From Craspedostauros australis (Eukaryota), in assembly GCA_030167865.1 (NCBI GenBank), contig JALAGF010000339.1, positions 1 to 33,632 on the forward strand: a stretch of 33,632 nucleotides of DNA, in the 5' to 3' direction. A program made the position numbers and the translations under genes. This document shows positions 1 through 10,762 of this stretch, in pieces. Numbering within the stretch: position 1 is the first letter of the stretch; each line of letters opens with the position of its first letter. Under the pieces are notes generated by a model. That model made no database searches and had not been told where the DNA came from. It was given only the letters and a program-made list of their open reading frames with translations.

Positions 1-337
1 TTCCAAAACCTTTTTTCAGTTCCCCCTGCATACAATAATTTCATTTCGTTAATCACCACTCTAACACAATCAATTACAACAACAGCAACAATCCCAACGA
101 TAGTGACAGCAGCAGTAGCGATGGAAACAGTAGTCCTCATGCGATGGTACGGCGACCTTTGTGGAGATCTGCGACAATCGTTTGGTTCGTCCCATCGGCA
201 CTTTCTGCATCCGCACAGGCGCCGTTGAAGCATGACAAGAGTATTCGCATGGTGCAGTGCCGCGCAACACAATGCTGCCCAGAGTTCAGTGGAGCACCCT
301 CGATGGTACTACGAGTAGTAGAATGCGGAATCTATCT

Positions 338-1790
338 TCAATTACCGCTTCCCATGCCGACCAATTCCTCCATGTTCTGTCGCTGCGATTTGATGCGCTT
401 TTCCAGGTATTCCAATTTCTGTGTCATGTCCTTCTGCTTCTTGCCTTGCTCCGCAACGCTGGTCTCCAGGTACTCCATGATGTTCTCCTTGCTGGACTTG
501 ACGAAGACCTTGCCGACTGACTTGTACATGGCGAGGTTGGAATCGTCCTTCCCCAGCTCCTCCTGCGTTACCTGTTGCATCTTCTGCTCTCGTAGCGATT
601 TATTCATGTGGGCCTGGACAGCGTTGTATTCGCGCGTTGATTGGCTGTACTGGATCTGCAGATCCTGCAGTTCCTTCGTCGTGGCGCTATCTAGCTGTCT
701 GCCGGTGGTTGGCAATGGCATTGACGTCGCGGCGTCCTTCTGCTGCTCGGCGAGCCTCTTGTTCTGCTTCGTCTCGCGCATCAGTTTGAGGAGCTGTGTG
801 TTGTTGGCATCCAGCGCCAATCCCTGCTTGATGGTGGATTGCGCTGCGTCGTACGCCTTGAGCTCATTCTGTGCTTGGGCCAAGCGGTAGTACCCCTTCA
901 TGAAGGAGGGATCGATGCGGATGCATTCCTTGGCGTCCTTGGCGGCGTCATCGAACTTTTTCAATCCGAAGTTGGCAGCGCTGTGGAGTGTTGGTTCAAG
1001 TGCGAGTGCGAATGCAACGCATGTACGAAGCATGTATAAAACATGTGCGTCATGAAAATGTGCGAGTATGGTGATGGCGTATGGATATGAAAGGATTTTT
1101 GTCGATTGAAGCGTTGGTGGTCAGCGAAGTGTGTGTATTCACCTTGTGTGTGCAGAGTGGAGTATGTTCAATGCGGCGATCATTCACTTTGCTGTGGCAT
1201 TGGTGGCTTCAGACATGATGGATCCCTCCGCTGCGGCTCATACCATCGCTTATCGCCAAAATGGCCTTGATGCATTGCTCTTCTTCACGATGCCAAGTCA
1301 AGAATGGCATGGAACATTGCCGCACTCGTACTCCGAAGGTATAATATATATATCTCCATGGCAAACAATGACATCGCATTCAATGACAAACGTCCAAAAA
1401 TTAGCTCTCCAAAGAGCTCACAGCATCACAGTGCATTGCCTGACGTCGTGGTGCGAGGCCGTTTTGTCTCACTTACCTCCGATTGGAGAAGAAGATGTGA
1501 TTGGTGGCATCGATCTTGATCGCATCAGAATAATGTCCGACAGCCTCCTCGAACTTCTTGGATGTGAATGCCTTGTTGCCAAGTCTGTGGAAACAGCGAT
1601 CGTGAGCAGCAAAGCGATTGTGAGAATGCATGTTGCGTGCATGTTGTCAAGGCGCATGAGGGCGTGGTGCATACGCTGAGATCGCGCAGCCCCACACGCG
1701 AAATCAGTCGAAGGGAGAGAGCTGAAGCAAGCCCCCGGTCGGAAGATCCACTCACTCCTTGTGCTCTGCTGCCGTGCTGGAATTGATCAT
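338..1790 (-). CDS. TPR-repeat (STI1/HOP TPR1-like) + prefoldin beta-type (subunit 1-like) fusion protein, 3 exons, 261 aa
   Basis: Exons 1790-1756, 1584-1477 and 980-338 (35+108+643=786 nt), with GTGAGT/GTAAGT donors and CAG acceptors. Spliced N-terminus MINSTAAEHKELGNKAFTSKKFEEAVGHYSDAIKIDATNHIFFSNRSAANFGLKKFDDAAKDAKECIRIDPSFMKGYYRLAQA reads as three TPR motifs. C-terminus has coiled coils flanking MYKSVGKVFV, the beta-hairpin pattern of beta-class prefoldins. Confidence 0.88.
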
Positions 1791-2369
1791 CGTGTCACAA
1801 CGTTCGGATATTCTTCTCTACTGTCACGTTGCTGTTGCAGAGCACGGATATTCAGCGGGTCGTTTGATTGCGAGTGTACGTGCGTGCGGCCTCAGTGTCG
1901 ATGATAGTCGATCAGCAGTTGCTTTGTCTGTGATGGTGTGTGTGGTGGCATTTCGATGGACTTTGGCGAGATTGCTCGTGTTGCGACGAGTAACAAATCG
2001 CCGAACGAAATTCGCCTACGATTTGAACGGCTGTCGATGGCCATGGTCGAACTAGGGAGCTCGTGGATAGACCTCGTGTGGCGACTCAGGCTAATCCGAA
2101 ACCTAGACATAGTCTCCGACATTCTTACCACACGGCGGCTCCGCTACCGTGTACTTCACATACGAGTATCCTCTTGGAGTCTCCACTATCCTTTCTTTCT
2201 CAACAGTAGGGTCCCATTATATGTTTGTCACAATGGGTAGCATCTGCGGTGCAAGATGTGCTTGTGAAAGGGCAGATGAATAGGAAGAGTGGAGCATGCA
2301 CTGGCACGATGGCATATCCGTAGAGCATTACTCTACCCTACTATATTTTACGTGTACGGACGAAATACT

Positions 2370-3872
2370 CTACAGCATCTCGTAACTCGCAAACTCACGG
2401 CGTCTCCAGACGAAGACCCCGTCGTACTTGGCGTCGTACCGGCTGATGCGGAGACCTTCGTCGCAGAAGGTGGTTCTCATGGTCACCTGCGACGAACCCT
2501 CCTTGACCTTTTCCAAGGCCTCGCCGCTGGGGAACGGCGGCGCATTCTGGTTGATGACGGTGCCAAGAAGGGGGATGCGTTCGATGGCTGAGGATTCTTC
2601 TGGCTTGGTCGTCTCCACCTTCAGCTTGATACCATCCACGCCGTCAACGCCCACGATCGTGGCGCGCGTCGTCATGATGGACGTCGCAAGGCCTCCGAGG
2701 GTGGCGACCTTGACGCGTGAGACGAACTGTCCGCGTCCTGTCTCCGTGACGAAGTTGATGTTCTGGAATGCCGGTCCAACCTCCTTGATGGGTGCTGGGA
2801 TGGAGTCGGTGATGGAGAAGATTTGATCCGAATTTTCTGGGAATGCCTGTTGGAATGCCCAAAAGAATGGAGAAGAGCGCGTGACGTCCTCCGGAGCAAA
2901 CAGCAGCTCCCTGTCCGTCGAAAGCATCGCGCCATAATACCAGTAGTACGTGTACGGTAGGGCACCAACCAACCAACCAACCAACCAACGAACAACATGC
3001 CATGTCGGTTGGTTTGTTATTGCCCGAGGTTGCGTTCGAGTAAACGCAGAAGCACGGCAATGGAATGTGTTGGTTGCAATTCGAACGACGCAACACATGC
3101 ACTGACATTAGTACGAATATGATGCTCGTAGGATGCTGTGGACACGGCATAACTCATAGTACTGCAGCCACCACGAGCCGCATCCCGTCACGCTCTTGGC
3201 TTGCTCCCACTCGAATCACATCCACCATTTCTCTGTCTCTGTCTCTCTCGATCTCCAGGGAGAGAGAGAGAGTTGAAGAACACAAGAACTTACCATTCTC
3301 CAGACAACATGCCCGAAAAGGAAGACGATTGTCCAACGCCGGCCTGTGGAGGCGGTCAAGAAAGAAAGATAGAGTCGAGCAGTGTGTTGGAGAAACGAAC
3401 AGTAAAGCACAGATAGTGAGTGAAATGCTTCGACGCAGACATGAAGATTGTTCTCGACGTTCACTTCCATGAAGCATTGTGGAATACTCCTTGCTAGCCG
3501 TACTAATATTCCATCGTGAATAGAATAGGAATGGCTTGCACCACAAGACCATGCGCAACCATGCCTGGATCGGATGCTCACCATCTCTGCCTTGACCTCC
3601 AGCTCCCGCACGAGGCCTTGCACCTTGGACAAGGATGGCTTGGGCGACATCTGGCAGCACTGCACCAGTGTCATCTTGAGGTCCTCCAACGTCATCTCGC
3701 TGTCCACATCGGAAGGCGCTGCCTCCGACGACATGGAAAGTGGCTGCGACACACGCGACGCCGATGACACCGACGCTGCTGTTGCTGCCGATGGCATCAC
3801 AAAGGATTCAACGACGATGCTAGTGCCGGCCAACGCCAGCACGCTCAGGAACGAGGTTGCGCTTATTCTCAT
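2370..3872 (-). CDS. Plastid-targeted PAP/fibrillin (plastid lipid-associated) family protein, 3 exons, 293 aa
   Basis: Exons 3872-3582, 3343-3294 and 2910-2370 (291+50+541=882 nt), GT-AG introns. Bipartite presequence MRISATSFLSVLALAGTSIVVES-FVMP followed by a Ser/Ala-rich transit peptide. Fibrillin-like motifs: VQGLVRELE, LSGEWELLF (created across the splice junction) and C-terminal TTFCDEGLRISR...VFVWRR. Confidence 0.85.
2964..2989. repeat. (ACCA)n tetranucleotide microsatellite in intron
   Basis: accaaccaaccaaccaaccaaccaac lies inside intron 2911-3293 of the fibrillin gene. Confidence 0.9.
3230..3272. repeat. (TC)/(GA) dinucleotide-rich tracts in intron
   Basis: tctctgtctctgtctctctc followed by gagagagagagag; the two tracts are partly complementary. 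Confidence 0.7.
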
Positions 3873-4574
3873 GGTGGATGTAGTCAAGTACAGTATTATA
3901 GTAGTCGTATGTATTATTCTATAATAGGCTTGGCTTGAGCGGGCGAGTGAGTGATTGGATGCTGATGTTTGTCTTCACCCTGCACGAATGCAAGGTGGGA
4001 GAAGGAAGCGAAGGAAACGAAGAAGAGATCCATCAACAGCTCATCGGTGGGCATCGCGACCGCCATCGTCATCATCTCCACCGTATGTGTGGTTTGTTGG
4101 CGTCAGTGTTCTTGTTGAGTTGTTCGCGAAACGAATCCATTCTTCCCGAAACGGAGCACAAAGACCAATACGAGATAAACATTGCAACCAGACATGGCTA
4201 ATGCCTTGGGTATAGATGCGGAGAATGTGGGCACAAGTGCTATAGGTCGTACTTTGATGCTCCGTGTCGTTGTCACAACAGACACAGGCATCATCTAGAG
4301 ACTCCAATCAATTGACCAGGGGCAATGCATTGGAGATCAACAGCGAGAGGTATGTCGCATGCCCGTGCGGTGCATTGATTTTCTCCATGACTGCCACTCC
4401 AATCGTTCATCTCTGGACTTTGCGTCACTTCTGTAATCAGGCCACACCACTCTCCTCTACCTGCAATACAACTATACGAGGCGGAGCAAAGCTGAATACT
4501 CTGTGACGCAGAGTCGATCAAAGTAGACGCAAGCGACGAAGCACGTCTATGGAAAACAAACTGATCACTCTATT

Positions 4575-5609
4575 CTATCCCTTCAACCACGATTTGCCAC
4601 CGCCGCTTGGTTTCGGGGTCGTTCCTAGCAATTCCGTTGCCGCCAATTGCATTTGCTCAGATCCGTACACCATGCGCTGCGCCGCCAATTTGCATGTCTC
4701 GCTATCCACCACAAGCTTCTCTATCTGCTTCGACGCCACGAGCAACTGCTCGCTGCACTCGATCAGCTGCCCGCCAATCTCCTTCAAAGGGTACCGTTGC
4801 ATGATGGCAGCGCCGGTGGCCTCCAACGCCTCGCCGCTGCGCTTCGTACAGTTCAACATGCCATCGATAGTGGATTGCAGATCTTCGTCGTTGTCAGCCT
4901 CCGCTTCCTGCTTGGCAAGCTTCAGCTTGTCCACGGCCTCGATCAAGCAATCGCCGCCTTCCCTCAATTCGTCCGACACCAGCTCGAGGCCCGTCTTGAA
5001 ACGGCAGCTAGCGGCGGCCTGTCGTTACATCCACATAGACAGTACGCGTTGAGGAGCATGCGAATGTGCATGTGGAAACAGAAGTGGAATCCGAGTTGCA
5101 ACGTAGCAGCAGTCGCAATGGTAAAGAAGCATGGAGGTTAGACTTGGATACTTGACTAACAGTATCATAGTGAACTACCATGCACGGCGAAGAGCGCATT
5201 CACCCCAAGAGAAAGTGAAGCAAACCATTGACATGCCAAGGCAACGCAACACAATCATTCATTTCGTACATCTTGGACTCACCTGAGCGACCGCATCACC
5301 GCAGTTGCGAAGAGCTGCACCAACAGCCGACAAACCGCCACCGTAGATCTCCATTTCGGTGGTAAGATCCACCAGAAGTTCACCGCTGCGAGCGATGGCC
5401 TTGCCGGAATCCATCAGCGGCAACGCAGCCGGTTTCAGTGATACCCGAAGGGAAGTTGCCGATGCTGCGAATGCTTGGGAACCTGATTGCCTTCGCATCA
5501 GCCCATGCGGTGGCGTTGCTTGGAACGCGCTCGTAGCTGCGAGGCTTGCGGCAAAGATGACGAGCATCGCTGGCATCATCATTCCGATGCAGATCGGTCT
5601 CCTCGCCAT
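4575..5609 (-). CDS. Hypothetical plastid-targeted alpha-helical protein, 2 exons, ~256 aa
   Basis: Exons 5609-5283 and 5018-4575 (327+444=771 nt); intron 5282-5019 runs GTGAGT...ACAG and joins VAQ|AAASCRFKTGLELVSDELREGG in frame. Signal peptide ends in ATSA-FQA (ASAFAP-type cleavage motif). The true start could be one of the downstream Met codons. Confidence 0.8.
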
Positions 5610-8341
5610 GATTGCAGTATAGGAAGATGTCGTGCCTATGATCGACTCGCGCTTCTGTCTCCGAATGCTGAAGACAAGAAGACTTCTGAGCGGAGGTGCG
5701 GTTCAATGGACACTTGATGCCGACAGCCAAGAGTGATTGTTATGTACTCGTCGTAGTAGAACTACCCAATGTCCTTTCCCACCCGTTGTCGTATCGGATC
5801 GCGGTTTGGAGTTCGTTTGTCAGCGCCATCCGACGTTGTTGTTGTTGACGATCTTGGCCGCATCATGGTCAGATCCAAAAAAGCGTTCCATGGTGGAGTT
5901 TGTGGTGGGTGGTTTTGGCCTTCTCTGCGACGTGAGTTGGACAACGTCGAGGTCTGCTGATCGATTACGAGCTCTGCATCACCCACGTTTCATGGAATAA
6001 TATTGTTATAATAATATGTATTTCACCCCGACTCCACATGTGTCCGTTAGCAAACGGGAATAAATAACGAACAATTAAGTCGACAATAGTACTATGATCG
6101 CGCTCAGAAATAGTGAAGTACCAGGGATAGGATATCTGTAGTACCATGTATAACTTGCGCGCCACAAAATCAAACTCGTTCGTTCAATCTCCCCGGCATT
6201 CCGCAGAGGGAAACTTGCAGGGATGGCTCCATCTCGCGTTCATTCTTCAAGTTTGATGTTGCACACACGCAATAAGAGTGGTCTGCATCTCGCTGTTTGG
6301 CAGAGAATGTGCTTGCTCTGCTCCACTCTCGTTGTTTCTGGTAGAGGCTGACTCAGCGACCCGTGAGAGAATCCAGCGAAGGAGGAGAACGGATTGATAA
6401 TGTTGGACAGATAGCCGTGGTTACATGAGCTAGCATGGCGCCATGCTGGTGGTTGAAGTTGCTTGTTGGAATGGATCGTGATAGTGAAAGGATGAATGGC
6501 AGAGCGCCACGTGGTCAATAAATTGACCACGCCTCATCGAAAGCGGAGAAGCAAGAACTGTTTCAATCCAGACATGCGCTCACAGTCGAGTAGAATAAGT
6601 TGGGCGAACGAGCCGGTGTGGTGGCTTATGTGCGGGCCGCGTACGAATCTGTAGATGCCAACACGATAAAACGAAGGGAGTAGCTCGCTATTCCACAATC
6701 GTACTGGTGCTGTGGTGTCCATTGGTCGAGTGGAGGAAGACCAAGCGCCGAACAGAACAGATCGAGAAGAGGAATCCACTGGAATCGAATGGAGTCGAAA
6801 TGGGTCCTTCAATGTGAATGGAGAGAATGAGAACGTGCGAGTTGTGGTGATTGGCTTCGCTGTTGCTGCATCAGATTGGAGGAGAGTTCTCCATTTTCAA
6901 GAGAGTACGACGGAGTGGAATATCCTGGCTGCACCATGAAAGCTCAACCCGGCTATACTAACCAACACGTGCACGATGAGATCAGGAGTCGGAAACTCAA
7001 GATGAGTGCGAAACTGTCCATTGCATACAGGATTGGGATCCTGATACGATCTGTAGTCCCATTGTCATAACAGCATCCATCCGCGGTTCCTTCTCATGGG
7101 AGCTGTGCGCTCTTGCATGTGCACGGCACGCAACGAACAATGCCAAGCATTTAATTATGATGGATGTGTCCGAATGATCCGTTTGGCGTTGCAAGCTGAG
7201 CTTGAGAAGGGTGTCATCACGAGCTAATAGAGCACTCTGCACTCCTCTACTATACATCAGTGAAGCTCGCAGAGTACTCCAGATGGAGCATTTGACCATT
7301 CGCGGCGCTCCACGAGTAGTGTCATCAAAGATTCAACAGGAGTCTGCCGACCGAAGGGAAGCAGCACCGCAGTTGCTGTCGTTGTTCGTCTTCGTGTGTA
7401 GAGCAGCACACGAGTACTCTGCATGCGTTCGTATGGTATGCGTATGCAGATATAGAAGAACGCCCAAGCAACGACGAAGAACCCAGCGCAAAGTGGAGGT
7501 GTCAAAACGTGAGTTCGGATAGCTCCGGCAGCAGGAGATCCAACATGCGATGTGGAGGAGGGGACTTGCAAATGACGATGAACACGCTCACGCAGTTGAA
7601 ATACAGACTATTCTCGAATGGAGAGATGTCGATTTGTTGAAAGATTCCAGAGAGAAGAATCGCCAGCGCCGCGAGCTGGTTACGAGAAGCGCAGCGGCAT
7701 GATTTGGTCTTACTGGATGATTAGTCTACCGACTTCAACATCAAGAGGTTGCAGCGAACGGAACCAGTATCGTTCCTGTACGTCACCAGACGATTTCCGC
7801 ACTGAGTGATGAGACACGTTTCGCGGTGGGCAATAATAATGGATCCAAAGATTCCGGCAGTCGCCAAAGACGAAGAAGCAAACTTCCACGAACACAATCT
7901 CCAAACAACACAATTCGTCTGTTTCACTCGATGTCATTTGTTGTTGCCGCGTCTGGAGCTGAGGTCACCAATCAGCGCAGCGTGTTAATAGTGCTGGTGG
8001 AGAACGAGTGGCACGGTTTGTGAGAGACTGATGACATCTTCATGTTCGTCTCCATCGCAACCATGCTCCTGCACGGCTTCTGCGATCGTAGCAATTGTAC
8101 GGTAGACAGCAACCAATGGCGGCGGAGATGGCGGCTCAGTTGAAACTTACAGATACCACAACAATGACCTTCATGAGACGCCAGTGGTGGGAACGGTGAT
8201 TGCATTTCAACGGTAACAATCGCAAACATGCCAACGATTACCAACACTGCAGCGCGCCGACGGCGTTGGCGGACTTCTTCCAACACTTGATGATTCCATC
8301 ATCAATGGCGATGCCAACGAACAAGTCCTCGTGATCATCGA

Positions 8342-8412
8342 TGCATTGTTGCAATGGTGCATTGTCGCACTGTTGCATTGTCGCACTGTTGCATTGTCGC
8401 ACTGTTGCATTG
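8342..8412. repeat. 16-bp tandem minisatellite (TGCATTGTCGCACTGT), ~4.4 copies
   Basis: Perfect copies at 8358-8373, 8374-8389 and 8390-8405, a degenerate copy at 8342-8357 and a partial copy to 8412. Confidence 0.9.
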
Positions 8413-10762
8413 CGAGCAAAGCAGACGGCAGACAGCCAAAGCAATACCCATCACACCCATCGCACCTGCGACCCAGCGGTCTCATTGATTCCGTCGTCTC
8501 GTCTCGTCATACCATATCACCATTCTACAATCTTTGTCAAACAGGTGGCTTGTGTACAGACGATGAATGCCGTCCCTTCATCACCAATGCACTAAATCCA
8601 TGGCACAAACACCACGCCTTCTTCCATCCAATCATCAGTCATTTTACGCGAAATGGAGCCGATGATACATCATGCAAGAACGCGAGGAGATGCAGAAGTG
8701 GACGCATGCGTAGGTCCATTCAATCGCTGTCAAGATCTCCATCTTTGATGCATCTTTGATGCTTGACCGTCAATCGCTGTGGAGGCAACGAGAAGGCCAC
8801 CAACACCAACTTCCAACAGTGCTCCATCCATCAAAACTCCATCGAGATTCGACCATCGAGTGGATAGTTGACGGCGGAATCCGTGATACGATGCTCCAGG
8901 ATTGACACAAGTCGATTCAACACAAACAAGGAATGGTTGACGATGTGAGGTAGTAGCGACGACGACAAGGATGGCAAAACAACGAAAGGTACGATGCAAT
9001 GCATAATCAGACGATTGGCTGGCTGCAATGTCGGACTGCTCGATCGGGTTGCCTGTCATTGACATTCACAACGGCATCAAGAAATTGGTGACTGCAATCA
9101 AGGGCATCAGAGCTATGCTGGGCATTGAAAGCAACTCAACATTGGTTCGATCTGCTTCCTGACGATGCTGTTCCACATGATGACGACCCACTTCCATCAA
9201 ATGGCTCTTTGGCCACCATGAACGTCCAAATCACTTTCTCAATTCCATCCGACGGCCATTCTCAAACTTCCAGCAAATAGCAACGGCGACGGCGATTGCA
9301 TGGATACAACCGCGGGTGCCGTTGCTCGACACGCCGAGTCATTACGTGAGTTCATGTCCGTGCGCAGGTTTCCGCAAAACAACAACGACGACGGCGGCAG
9401 CGTCATCACCGTGCGTCTTCGCTGCCTTGACGCGTCAATATCTCGCCGTGAAAGTATGGCATTGTACATTGCACTCAGTTTGGGCCATTTTGTCCCAGCG
9501 ATGTCGAACCAACAATGTAACGCAGACCGACACGCGACGCACACGTGTTGCTCAGGGCGAACACCCCTTGTTCATTCACATGATCCCCAAACACAATGAG
9601 AGAGTCTTCGCACGGATCGAACACCTCCATTACATGCAATAAGATCACAGCCATCTCCAGTACAGTCGCCACAATCAAAGCGCAGTACCATGGTATGGAA
9701 TCCGTGATCCTCCAACTGCCAGGCGGCTTCCGCGAACATACCACGTGCCACACTGCACGGCATTGGGTCGTCGCCTACATACATCAACGAAAGCGAAGCG
9801 TACGTCGAAACAATGAGAGGCCAGACCAAGCTGCCCTGCAGGTATGGTACCATACACAGCGATGCTGGAGGCAGGCATGAGTATCCATACGATATGCTAC
9901 ATCCCACAGCCTTGGACCATCACGTCCGCGCTCTCTTTTCGACGAACGGTAGAAATTGAAATCGACAACAAGAACAAATGAACTGAACTGAACTGAGACA
10001 TTTGTACTTGCCGGTGCGAGCATCATCCTATACATTGCCGAAGAGGTGCGAGTGTGGATAGAAATTAGTGACGGTACCGGGACCACTCGTAACACTTCTG
10101 CGAGTGTGTGCCACAATCTAACATTCAACAGATAGTTGCAAATCACACGCACAGACTCCGTCTGCAACATGGTGCCGTTCCTGCAAAAGGAAAGAACTGA
10201 GTTTCGCTTGCGCTCTCCTACGCACGCACAGCGCCATCCATCGTAACCAATCGAACGAACGACTGTGGCAAACATGGGTGCTACGGCACAGAGTAGCAGA
10301 TCTTGTCGAATTGGCCAGGTGCGTGGGCTGTTATGTACGAGGATGGGCCGCAGCAGTGGGTAGAGCACTTCACTTGTCTGAATTAGACAACGGGTGTCTG
10401 GTATCACGGTGGACGGACTTTGCTCCGCAACGGGATGGCTGGTGGCACAAATCGAGAACCACCGCGAGGTATCCATGAACACCCATCTGCTGCTGATCAC
10501 AGTCCAATACCCACCTCAGTCACAGCTTGTCCCGAGGTCGCTCCGCTGACCAAACCCAACTGATACCATGAACTGCGAGCAGGTGCATGTAGACTGGAAT
10601 GTGAGGCTCTGCGAGAATGATGGACTGGGAACTTGCATCTTGCAGTCTACATGGTGCTCATTCTGCTTGTGCTTCTACTTCTGCCATGCATTTATATCGT
10701 GCGTACGGCATGCTAACTCTACCACTCTACTTTAGACACCGATGGAAAGGCGGAAGCATTGC

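Noticed and set aside
133-235. Possible terminal exon of a plus-strand gene (SSCDGTATFVEICDNRLVRPIGTFCIRTGAVEA*)
   Set aside because: Too short, with no upstream context in the window and no recognisable motif.
144-890. 248-aa plus-strand ORF
   Set aside because: Mostly antisense to the TPR-prefoldin last exon, with no recognisable domain.
8342-8412. CRISPR-like array interpretation of the tandem repeats (also 26028-26082)
   Set aside because: Units are contiguous with no unique spacers, there are no cas genes, and the context is eukaryotic.
9784-10500. 238-aa minus-strand ORF
   Set aside because: Non-ATG start, no motifs, and it runs through a simple (AACTG)n repeat; probably spurious.
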